NCBI GenBank assembly: GCA_040989845.1
Contig: JAYMFZ010000004.1
Coordinates: 2,656,824 to 2,688,823 of the forward strand
Reading direction: 5' to 3'
Length of the DNA stretch: 32,000 bases
From: Streptomyces sp. WGS_02
Lineage (GTDB): Bacteria > Actinomycetota > Actinomycetes > Streptomycetales > Streptomycetaceae
The notes beneath the pieces were generated by a model. It ran no database searches and was not told where the DNA came from. It saw only the letters and a program-made list of their open reading frames with translations. Below are positions 18,184 through 25,789 of this stretch, piece by piece. The first letter of the stretch is position 1. Each line of letters opens with the position of its first letter. Made by a program: the position numbers and the translations under genes.

Positions 18184-18320
18184 GCCCGCTCCCACTCCTT
18201 CACTGTGCGTGCCCCTCGCAGGGTAGGACGGCGGCCCGCACGATCCCGTTGCCTCCGGGGCACGGCTGAACTGACGTACGGAGTAAGCGGGTTGACCGGC
18301 GGTACGGGATTCGGCCAACG

Positions 18321-19133
18321 TCACCGGGGCTTGCGGGCTTCGATCAGGAAGCGGGCGGTGCGGGCGAGGAACGGCCCCTCCTTCTCGATCTTCCGGTGCA
18401 GCGCGGCCAGTTGGGGGCGGTACTGCTCGACGGTGAAGCCGGGGACCATCCAGATCACCTTGCGCAGGAAGTAGACCACCGCGCCGATGTCGCGGAACTC
18501 GGTGCGCAGGGTCTCGGAGCGCAGGTCCACCACCTCCAGACCGGCCGCCGTCGCGGCGGCCCGCGCGTCCTCGGGGTGCCGGGCGCGACGGACCTCGGAC
18601 GGCTGCGGGCCGAGGAAGTACTCCACCAGTTCGAAGACGCTGGCCGGTCCGACCTGCTGGGAGAAGTACGTACCGCCGGGGGCGAGCACGCGCGTGATCT
18701 CGTCCCACCACGTGGTGACCGGATGGCGGCTGACCACGAGGTCGAAGGCGGCGTCCCCGAAGGGCAGCGGCGGCTCGTCCTCGTCGGCGACGACGACCGC
18801 CCCGAGCGGGTGCAGCAGGGCGGTGGCGCGGGCGATGTTGGGCGGCCAGGCCTCCGTGGCCACGGTGACCGGCGGCAGCTTGGGCGCGGAGGCCAGCACC
18901 TCGCCGCCCCCGGTCTGGAGGTCGAGCGCGGCATGGGCCCGGCCGAGCCGCTCGGCCATCGCGCGGGCGTACCCCCAGGAGGGGCGTTCCTCGGTGGCGC
19001 GGCCGTCGAGCCAGGAGAAGTCCCACCCGTCCACGGACACGGCGTCGGCCTCGGCCACGAGGGCCTCGAACCGGTCGCGGGAGGCCGTGGAGTCGAACGT
19101 GGGGGCGGAGTCGGGGGTGGCGGGTTCGGGCAT
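18321..19133 (-). CDS. Class I SAM-dependent methyltransferase
   Basis: 270-aa ORF. SAM motif I is ALDLQTGGGEVL, followed by FDLVVSRH and LAPGGTYFSQQV. Confidence 0.85.
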   Translation of the reverse strand: MPEPATPDSAPTFDSTASRDRFEALVAEADAVSVDGWDFSWLDGRATEERPSWGYARAMAERLGRAHAALDLQTGGGEVLASAPKLPPVTVATEAWPPNIARATALLHPLGAVVVADEDEPPLPFGDAAFDLVVSRHPVTTWWDEITRVLAPGGTYFSQQVGPASVFELVEYFLGPQPSEVRRARHPEDARAAATAAGLEVVDLRSETLRTEFRDIGAVVYFLRKVIWMVPGFTVEQYRPQLAALHRKIEKEGPFLARTARFLIEARKPR

Positions 19134-19204
19134 ACCGGAATCGTGTCAAACGGGCCCGGAGGACGCGAACGGATTCCGCCGCGGCCTCAAGGGCTCGCCC
19201 TCGC

Positions 19205-20152
19205 TCAGCCGGCCAGGGCCCCCAGCAGCACTCCGGTCAGCGCCCCGGCGATCATGAACGGGCCGAACGGGATGCCGGTCCTGCGTCCCGCCCGGCGCAG
19301 GAGGACGAGGGCGAGTCCGTACGCCGCCCCGAACAGGAACCCGGCGAACCCGCCCACGAACAGCACGGTCCAGCCGTACCAGCCGAGGGCGACGCCCAGG
19401 GCGAGCGCGAGCTTCACATCGCCGAAGCCCATGCCGTTCGGGTTGATCAGGAAGAGCAGCAGGTAGAAACCGCCGAGGGCCAGGCCGCCCAGCAGCCCGG
19501 CGGTCCAGGACCCGGCGTGCCCGGGGAGGAGTGCCGCCCCGCCGAGCAGCAGGACGGCCAAAGCCGCGAGGGGCAGGGTCAGCGGGTCGGGCAGCCGGTG
19601 GACCCGCCGGTCGACGACGGCGAGAAGCACGGCGACAGGGGCCAGCGCCAGCCACCCGACGAGCTCGGGCCGGGCCCCGGTGGCGGCGGCGAGCGCGACA
19701 CAGGCGAGGACGCTGACGAGGGGGGCGAGGATGCCGGGGGCGTAGGCAGGGGTCGCAAGGGCGGCCGTGATCTGCGGTTCCGGACCGGGCGCTTCCGAAG
19801 CCGGGGCTCCCGGGCCGGGGGTTTCCGGGACCGGGGCCCCGGGGACGGGCGTTGCCGTGGGCCGCGATTCCGGGCCCGGGGCGGCCGGGGCCTGCGACTC
19901 CGGGGCGGGCGGTTCCGCGTCCTGGCCGCCCGAACCGGGGGTTTCCGGGACCCGGGCGGCCGGGGCGGCGCAAGGGGCGCACCGGGCCGGGCCGAGCCAG
20001 CCGCGGGCCGGGCCGGTGAGCGGGTGGCCGGCGGGGCACGCCGTGCGCCAGGGCTCGTCCGGCTCGACGGCGAACCGGTAGGCGGCACGCGGGATCAGCA
20101 GTCCGGTGGCGGCACCCCAGACCGCGGCGAGGGCGAGCAGCACGGCGTCCAC
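19205..20152 (-). CDS. A24-family prepilin peptidase (TadV/CpaA/PilD-like) with a Pro-rich insertion
   Basis: VDRRVHRLPD, GMGFGDVKLALALG (catalytic Asp motifs) and IPFGPFMIAGA. The N-terminal Cys-containing segment (CPAGH...CAPC) is separated from the peptidase core by about 70 aa of PETPG/PES low complexity. That linker is encoded by repetitive DNA around 19780-19960. Confidence 0.88.
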   Translation of the reverse strand: MDAVLLALAAVWGAATGLLIPRAAYRFAVEPDEPWRTACPAGHPLTGPARGWLGPARCAPCAAPAARVPETPGSGGQDAEPPAPESQAPAAPGPESRPTATPVPGAPVPETPGPGAPASEAPGPEPQITAALATPAYAPGILAPLVSVLACVALAAATGARPELVGWLALAPVAVLLAVVDRRVHRLPDPLTLPLAALAVLLLGGAALLPGHAGSWTAGLLGGLALGGFYLLLFLINPNGMGFGDVKLALALGVALGWYGWTVLFVGGFAGFLFGAAYGLALVLLRRAGRRTGIPFGPFMIAGALTGVLLGALAG

Positions 20153-20276
20153 GGGGCGACCCTAACGGGCCTCGGGACCTGGGGTCTTGGGTCCGGGGGC
20201 CCAGAGCGGCCGGCCGGGACCCAAGCGTCGCCGTTCCGGGTCCGGGCACGTCCGCCGGGGGCTACCGTCGGTGCCC

Positions 20277-20675
20277 ATGAGGACATGGCGCGATGGCGAC
20301 GGGACGCTAACGGTCGGTACGGACTCCGGGCCCGGGCCGGAGGGGCAGGCGGTTCCGCTGCGGATAGCCGCCTCGTACCGGGCCCGCGCCAAGGGGCTGC
20401 TCGGGCGGGACGGGATCGAGGGGGCGATGCTGCTCACCCCGTGCGGGAGCGTGCACACCTTCCGGATGCGGTTCCCCATCGATGTGGCGTACCTCGACCG
20501 GAAGTTCAGGGTCCTGGCGGTCACCACGATGCAGCCGGGCCGCCTCGGGCTGCCCCGGCTGCGGGCCCGGCACGTGGTGGAGGCGGAGGCCGGGGCGATG
20601 GCGCGGTGGGGGGTGCGGCCGGGCGTACGGCTGGAGCTGAAGGCGGCACCGGCCACCGCGCCGGAACCCAGCTAG
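20277..20675 (+). CDS. DUF192 (COG1430) domain protein
   Basis: Preferred start ATG 20277 (MRTWRDGDGTL...). ARAKGLLGRDGIEGAMLLTPCGSVHTFRMRFPIDVAYLDRKFRVL matches the DUF192 core. The gene is divergent from the prepilin peptidase. Confidence 0.75.
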   Translation: MRTWRDGDGTLTVGTDSGPGPEGQAVPLRIAASYRARAKGLLGRDGIEGAMLLTPCGSVHTFRMRFPIDVAYLDRKFRVLAVTTMQPGRLGLPRLRARHVVEAEAGAMARWGVRPGVRLELKAAPATAPEPS

Positions 20676-20681
20676 GAGGCT

Positions 20682-20796
20682 ACGGCGGGCCCGCGTCCGG
20701 GCAGGCGCGGCCTCCCGGCGGGCCCGCGGTCCGGGGGCGCGACCCCCCGGCGGGCCCGCGGTCCGGGGTGGCGCCGGCTCACGGCGGGCCCGCGCC
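20682..20796. repeat. 32-34-nt GC-rich tandem repeat, about 3.5 copies
   Basis: Units (A/C)CGGCGGGCCCGCG(G)TCCGGG... start at 20682, 20715, 20747 and 20781. Each contains the palindrome GCGGGCCCGC. The array fills the convergent gap and runs into the last codons of the mannosyltransferase gene. Confidence 0.8.
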
Positions 20797-21981
20797 CAGC
20801 AGGGTCCAGGCGCCGTAGGCCGCTGACGCGCAGGCGAGGGCGGCGAGCACGGCGGCCGTGCGGCCCGTGGTGCGCAGCCGCAGCAGGGCGACGGCGGGCG
20901 GGAGCAGCAGCGGGAAGGCGGGCATCATCAGCCGTGGCCGGGAGCCGAAGTATCCGGCGCCGATCAGCGAGATGACGACGATCGTGATCGCGTAGACGAG
21001 TACGGGGAGCGGTTGCCGCTGCCGTACGCAGAGGACGACCAGCCACCCCAGCAGCGCGAGCGCCGCGCACAGGCCGAGGGCGGCGGGCCACGGCAGCCCG
21101 GCGATGAAGGCGGCGAGCGCGCGGCCGCCGTCGATGTTGTTGCCCCACTGCGCCTGGACGTCGAAGTAGGCGACCGGGCTGCCCTCGCGTACGGCCACGA
21201 ACACCACGTACGCCAGCCAGCCCAGCGGTGCGAGCGCCACGCCCGCGATCATCCGCGCGTGGCGGCGGAGCACCGGGCCGGCGCGGCGCTCGTCGCGGTA
21301 CTCCCGTACGAGGGTGACGGCGGCGGTGATCGCCAGGGCCGCGATGAGGGCGGCCGCCGAGGGCCGGGTGAGCCCTGCCAGGACGCACAGCGCCCCCGCG
21401 ACGATCCAGCGGCCCTTGAGGACGGCGTACAGCGCCCAGGCGGCGAGCGCGGTGAACAGTGTCTCGGTGTACGCCATCGACTGGACGAACGCCGTCGGGT
21501 AGACGCCCCACAGTGCCGCCAGCACCACCCCCGTACGCCGTCCGCGCAGCTGGGAGCCGACGGCGAAGATGCCCCAGGCGGCGAGCAGCCCGGCCGTCCA
21601 GGCGACCAGCAGTCCGGCGCCCCCGAGGGTGAGCGGAGTCACGGCGGAGACGGCGCGTTCGAGGGCCGGGAGCAGGGGGAAGAACGCCAGATCGGAGTGG
21701 ACGGAGCCGTCGGGGAGGGTGACGGTGTAGCGGTAGCCGTGCTCGGCGATGCGCTGGTACCAGACGGAGTCCCAGCGTCCGCTGAGCGGCCCCAGGGGGT
21801 CCTTCCCGGCGGCGGAGGCGGCCACCCAGAAGACGAGGAGCCCCAGGGCCCGCACGGCGGCGTAGACCGCGAGCGCGGGCGCGGCGGCCCGGAGCGCGGC
21901 GGCGGCCCGGGACCCGCCGGGAGTGCGGGGGGCCGGGGCCGGTCCTGCGGGCGTCCGGGTGCGGAGCTGGTGATCGGACAT
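20779..21981 (-). CDS. Polytopic membrane mannosyltransferase (PIG-V / GT-C-like)
   Basis: 400-aa ORF with about 9-10 TM helices. The motif WDSVWYQRIAEHGY...DLAFFPLLPAL is typical of the PIG-V-like mannosyltransferase family. Confidence 0.75.
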   Translation of the reverse strand: MSDHQLRTRTPAGPAPAPRTPGGSRAAAALRAAAPALAVYAAVRALGLLVFWVAASAAGKDPLGPLSGRWDSVWYQRIAEHGYRYTVTLPDGSVHSDLAFFPLLPALERAVSAVTPLTLGGAGLLVAWTAGLLAAWGIFAVGSQLRGRRTGVVLAALWGVYPTAFVQSMAYTETLFTALAAWALYAVLKGRWIVAGALCVLAGLTRPSAAALIAALAITAAVTLVREYRDERRAGPVLRRHARMIAGVALAPLGWLAYVVFVAVREGSPVAYFDVQAQWGNNIDGGRALAAFIAGLPWPAALGLCAALALLGWLVVLCVRQRQPLPVLVYAITIVVISLIGAGYFGSRPRLMMPAFPLLLPPAVALLRLRTTGRTAAVLAALACASAAYGAWTLLGAGPP

Positions 21982-22108
21982 ACGGCCGATTATGACGTCG
22001 GCGACGGGTACGCCGTGCCACGGGCAGCGCAGGGCCGGGCGTCCCGGCAGCGGTCCGATCGGTCCAGGGCCTGCCCCGGACCGGCCGGTGGCCGACGGCG
22101 GTGCGGGT

Positions 22109-22137
22109 GGCCCCGGCCCCCCGTACGGGCCGGGGCC
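22109..22137 (-). terminator. Hairpin just downstream of the 22147 gene
   Basis: GGCCCCGGCCC / cccgtac / GGGCCGGGGCC, an 11-bp perfect stem 10 nt after the stop on the minus strand. Confidence 0.5.
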
Positions 22138-22146
22138 AACCGGCTC

Positions 22147-22743
22147 TCAGACGCCGCCCAGCACCTCGTTCCCGAACACCTTCCACGGCGACATCTCCAC
22201 CGCGTCCATCACCGCGAGCTGCGGGTGCCGGGCCGCCGTCTCGTCCCGTACGGCGACGGTGTCCGGCCAGGCGTCCAGGTGCGCGGCGCCCTCGATGACG
22301 ACGGCGTCCCAGTCGGTGGCGGCCGTCGCGCCGGCCCGGTCGACGACGAAGCCGATGCACAGCACCGAGGCCCGCCCGACGGTCCGCCGGATGGCGCCCA
22401 CCGCGTGCTCCCGCTCCGGCTCGGGCAGTTCCCCCACGGAGAACTCGACGGCGACGACGCCGGCCCGGGCCCGCCGGATGCGCACCAGGAGGTCGAGGCC
22501 GCCGTCGGTCCACAACCGGAAGCCGACCTCGTGCAGCCGCTGGAGGCCGGCGAGGGACAGCAACTGCTCGCGGGTGACAGGCGAACGGGCCCCGAGGGAG
22601 GCGGAGTCGAGGCTGACGAGAACCGTGCGGCCGGTCACCGGGTGCTCCGGACGGAGCCCCTCGGCCGCCAGGTCGCCCAGCAGGGTGCGGGCGTCCAGCC
22701 GGGTCCAGCCGAGGTGGTACGAGAAGAAGAATCCGGCACCCAT
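22147..22743 (-). CDS. Hypothetical cytoplasmic protein (198 aa)
   Basis: Complete ORF with high GC3 and no TM helix or signal peptide. MGAGFFFSYHLGWTRLDARTLLGDLAAEGLRPEH... I recognise no family. Confidence 0.6.
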   Translation of the reverse strand: MGAGFFFSYHLGWTRLDARTLLGDLAAEGLRPEHPVTGRTVLVSLDSASLGARSPVTREQLLSLAGLQRLHEVGFRLWTDGGLDLLVRIRRARAGVVAVEFSVGELPEPEREHAVGAIRRTVGRASVLCIGFVVDRAGATAATDWDAVVIEGAAHLDAWPDTVAVRDETAARHPQLAVMDAVEMSPWKVFGNEVLGGV

Positions 22744-23033
22744 CGACGCCCACCCCCATCGCTCTCGTCGTCACGATCGCTCTCGCTCCGCGCCCGGCGT
22801 CGTGGTCGGCGACCCCCGGCACCCACGAGCGTACTGAGCGGCGGCCGGGGCTGCGTGGGCCCACGGACCCACGGCCGGCCCCCGGCACAACGGCCTCCGC
22901 GCCCCGGCGCAACACCCCTGACGTGCACCGGACTTGGGCCCGGCTTTGGGACCGGGGGCCCGGGACGTGGCAGGTTTTCGGCCGTACGCTCTCGGCCGTC
23001 GGCAACACGCGCGGGTCGAGGAGAGGGTGCACC

Positions 23034-25073
23034 GTGAGCGGTGACGGGGGCGCAGACCGGGGGCGGGCCCGGGGAGACCGGAGCGCGGGACACATACCGC
23101 TGGGACGCCACGGCATCGCCGGTTCCGGTGTCCCGCACCCGCCCCAGCAGGGCAGCCGTTTCTTCGCGTTGACCCGGAGCTGGGTGATCGGCGGCCTGGT
23201 CTACCTCGCCCTCGGGTTCGTCATGAGCCGGGTCCTGGTCGATCTGCTGGCCACCGAGGAGCGGCTGGAGGCGTTCGGCTGGCGGCTGGCCCTGCTCCAC
23301 CTGCCCGCCCTCGTCGTGACGCTGCTGACGGTGCTGGCGGCGACCCGCGTCCTTCCCGAGGAGCACCGCGAGTCCTCCCGCACGGTGTATCTGCTCGCGG
23401 CCCTGGTCGTACCGCTGGCCGGGCTGCTGTACGGCTTTGCCGTCGCGGGGGACGTCGTCGGCATCGAGGGCCTGCTCATGCCCGCCGCGTCCCTGGCGGC
23501 GGGCGCGGCGTCGGGGGTGGCCGTCGACCGGCTGCTGGAGGAGCGCGCCACGCGCGCCCCGGAGCCGCCCCGGTACGCGTACAACTGGCGGGACAGCGGT
23601 GCGACGGCGATGGAGTACCTGGGTCTCGTCGTCCTCGTCACGATGCTGATCGGCGCGATGGCGATGGCAGGGGTCGGCGGCAAGATCGGGGAGCGGCTGC
23701 GGTGTGCGATCAGCTCGCTGGCCGGTGGCGGCGGCTCCTGTGCGTCCGGCGGCCAGGACCCCGAGGCCAAGCCGAAGACGGACGCGGACTACGAACCGAA
23801 GATGTGCCAGGTCTCCAGCATCTCGGACACGGCGGGCGGGAAGGTCAAGATCGGCTGGTTCGAGTGGGGCGAGGAGTACGGCTTCCAGCAGAAGGTCTCC
23901 CAGGCGAGTACCGATGTGAACGGCGACGGCACGGTCGACGGCAAGGACAAGATCGTCTCGATGACGTTCACCGACGCCGCGTCCGCCGGGGCCACCGCCA
24001 GTACACCGGGCGTCAAGCTCGGCAGCCTGGGCAAGGCGGATGTCGACATCGGCGGCGGCATCAAGATCACCAACGGTGACACCTGGATCTTCGCGAGCGA
24101 GGAGGAGGCTCAGCGGATGCGGGACGACATCGAGGAGATGAAGATGTGGGAGACCTCCACCAAGCACAGCGGCGGCTACGGCGGCGGCTGGTACTCCGCG
24201 ATGAAGTGGGCGGAGAAGAAGGAGGACATCGAGAAGAAGATCGGCGACAAGAAGATCTCCTACTCGACCGTCGGCCTCAACGCCTACGCGGACGGCGGCC
24301 TCTCCGTCAAGGGCGGCGACGAGGACGAACTGGGCGCGAAACTCGGGGGCAAGGCGACGTTCTCGCCCGAGGTGACGATCACCAAGGACGACGTGAACGG
24401 CAACGAGTCGTCCACGTACACCGCCAAGCTCGAACTGGAGGGCAAGGCCGGCGGGAACGTGGGTCCGGTCAAGGGCACGGTGGGCGGCAAGCAGAGCCGT
24501 ACCGGCGCCATCACCGTCACCCGCGACCAGAAGACCGGGAAGATCGTCCGGATCGACATGACACAGACCGTGGAGAGCGGTTCGACGTCCGGCAAGGTCG
24601 AGGTCGGCGGCGACAACGGCGAGAGCGGCCAGGACAAGCGGGGCGGCAAGGGCAGCGCGTCGGACTCCTCGGGCGGGACGGGCATCGACGTCGTGACGAA
24701 CTCGATCGTCTTCGGCAAGGACACGGACGCGGCGACCGAGGCCAAGCGGGGCATCGCGGAACAGTGGCTGGACGGCTCCGGCAACAACACGGCCCCCTTC
24801 GAGTACCTCTTCGGCGACCACGGCATGGAGAACCGCCCGGACGGCAACGACCCGTTCCAGCAGCTGATGTTCGAGGACGGGCTGTCCAGCACCCTGCGGT
24901 ACACGGGCGAGAGCGACGCCCAGGAGTTCGGCTTCGAGATCTCCCTCGGGATGAGCCTCGGGTTCTCCCTCTCCACGGAGGAGAAGAAGGAGACACTGAC
25001 GGACGCGCAGTTCCTCGGGGCGCCGCGGGGCGACGCGCGCACGTATCTTCCGTACAGCTACTGCGCGAACTGA
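23034..25073 (+). CDS. Membrane protein with an internal Flp-pilin-like module and a large Lys/Gly/Asp-rich C-terminal domain (orphan)
   Basis: GTG 23034 follows GGAGAGGG. Four predicted TM helices lie in residues ~55-175. Then comes PRYAYNWRDSG|ATAMEYLGLVVLVTMLIGAMAMAGVGGKIGERL (G at 23598-23600), clearly homologous to the Flp pilin at 30144..30374. About 440 aa of beta-rich, K/G/D/E/T-rich sequence follows, ending YSYCAN. GC3 supports one continuous frame. An alternative internal start is ATG 23478 (GAGGG RBS). Confidence 0.7.
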   Translation: MSGDGGADRGRARGDRSAGHIPLGRHGIAGSGVPHPPQQGSRFFALTRSWVIGGLVYLALGFVMSRVLVDLLATEERLEAFGWRLALLHLPALVVTLLTVLAATRVLPEEHRESSRTVYLLAALVVPLAGLLYGFAVAGDVVGIEGLLMPAASLAAGAASGVAVDRLLEERATRAPEPPRYAYNWRDSGATAMEYLGLVVLVTMLIGAMAMAGVGGKIGERLRCAISSLAGGGGSCASGGQDPEAKPKTDADYEPKMCQVSSISDTAGGKVKIGWFEWGEEYGFQQKVSQASTDVNGDGTVDGKDKIVSMTFTDAASAGATASTPGVKLGSLGKADVDIGGGIKITNGDTWIFASEEEAQRMRDDIEEMKMWETSTKHSGGYGGGWYSAMKWAEKKEDIEKKIGDKKISYSTVGLNAYADGGLSVKGGDEDELGAKLGGKATFSPEVTITKDDVNGNESSTYTAKLELEGKAGGNVGPVKGTVGGKQSRTGAITVTRDQKTGKIVRIDMTQTVESGSTSGKVEVGGDNGESGQDKRGGKGSASDSSGGTGIDVVTNSIVFGKDTDAATEAKRGIAEQWLDGSGNNTAPFEYLFGDHGMENRPDGNDPFQQLMFEDGLSSTLRYTGESDAQEFGFEISLGMSLGFSLSTEEKKETLTDAQFLGAPRGDARTYLPYSYCAN

Positions 25074-25080
25074 ACGGGCG

Positions 25081-25767
25081 GTGACGGAGTCGATGAGCAC
25101 GGCGATGAGCACAGCGATGAGTCCGGCGATGAGCACAGCGATGAACTCGGCCATGAGGACCAGGACGCGGAACATGCGGACAGCCCCGGGGCGGATGACG
25201 GCTGCGGCGGCGGCCGTCGCGGCGGCGGCCGTGCTGCTGACCGGATGCGGCGGCGACGCGGACAAGGCCTCCGTGCCCGAGGGCTGGGGCACGTTGGAGA
25301 CCGACAGCCTGAGCGTCGGCTACCCGAGGAGTGAGGGGTACGCGGAGCAGCCCGCGGGCGAGCGGGCCAAGGCCAACGCGGCCGTCGCGCTCAAGGAGGA
25401 GAACGGCATCCGGACCGGCATGGTCTCGGTCCAGCGGGACTTCGCCACGGGGGTGCACGACGCGGCCGGGGCGGCGGCAGCAGCGGGCGCGGGCATCGGC
25501 CTCAACTCCACCCGCAAGGCGACGGACGACGTACGCCTCGCGGGCCCGGACGACGCCGGCGAAGGCCGCGAAGCGCGCCGGATCGACTACGACTTCACGG
25601 CGGACGGCCGGGAGGACACCCCGAACAGGGGGACGCCGATGACCGGGGTCCTGGTCGCGGGGGTGGACTCGAAGGGTGTTCCGTTCGTCGTGCGCCTGAA
25701 CGCGGTGAAGGACGCGGTGGAGGCGGAGGACCTGGACGCGTTCGTGGGGTCGATCACGGTGAAGTAG
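25081..25767 (+). CDS. Lipoprotein of unknown function
   Basis: Lipobox AAAAVLLTG|CGGD. The start is ambiguous: GTG 25081, the ATG ladder at 25093-25153, or ATG 25174, which gives a canonical 25-aa signal (MRTAPGRMTAAAAAVAAAAVLLTGC). The gene starts 8 nt after the stop of the Flp-module protein, so it is probably co-transcribed. Confidence 0.7.
   Translation: MTESMSTAMSTAMSPAMSTAMNSAMRTRTRNMRTAPGRMTAAAAAVAAAAVLLTGCGGDADKASVPEGWGTLETDSLSVGYPRSEGYAEQPAGERAKANAAVALKEENGIRTGMVSVQRDFATGVHDAAGAAAAAGAGIGLNSTRKATDDVRLAGPDDAGEGREARRIDYDFTADGREDTPNRGTPMTGVLVAGVDSKGVPFVVRLNAVKDAVEAEDLDAFVGSITVK
25091..25162 (+). repeat. 12-nt tandem repeat (CGATGAGCACRG, 5-6 copies), each unit containing an in-frame ATG
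   Basis: Units at 25091, 25103, 25115, 25127, 25139 and 25151 encode MSTA MSTA MSPA MSTA MNSA M at the 5' end of the lipoprotein ORF. Confidence 0.85.
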
Positions 25768-25789
25768 GGGACGGCGAGGACCGGTTGGG

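Noticed and set aside
20672-25292. Very long ORFs 20672..23116 -, 21013..23037 +, 22635..25292 - and 24517..25458 -
   Set aside because: All are Arg/Pro/Gly/Ala-rich shadow frames overlapping the mannosyltransferase, the 22147 gene and the Flp-module gene. They run through intergenic hairpins and divergent promoter regions.
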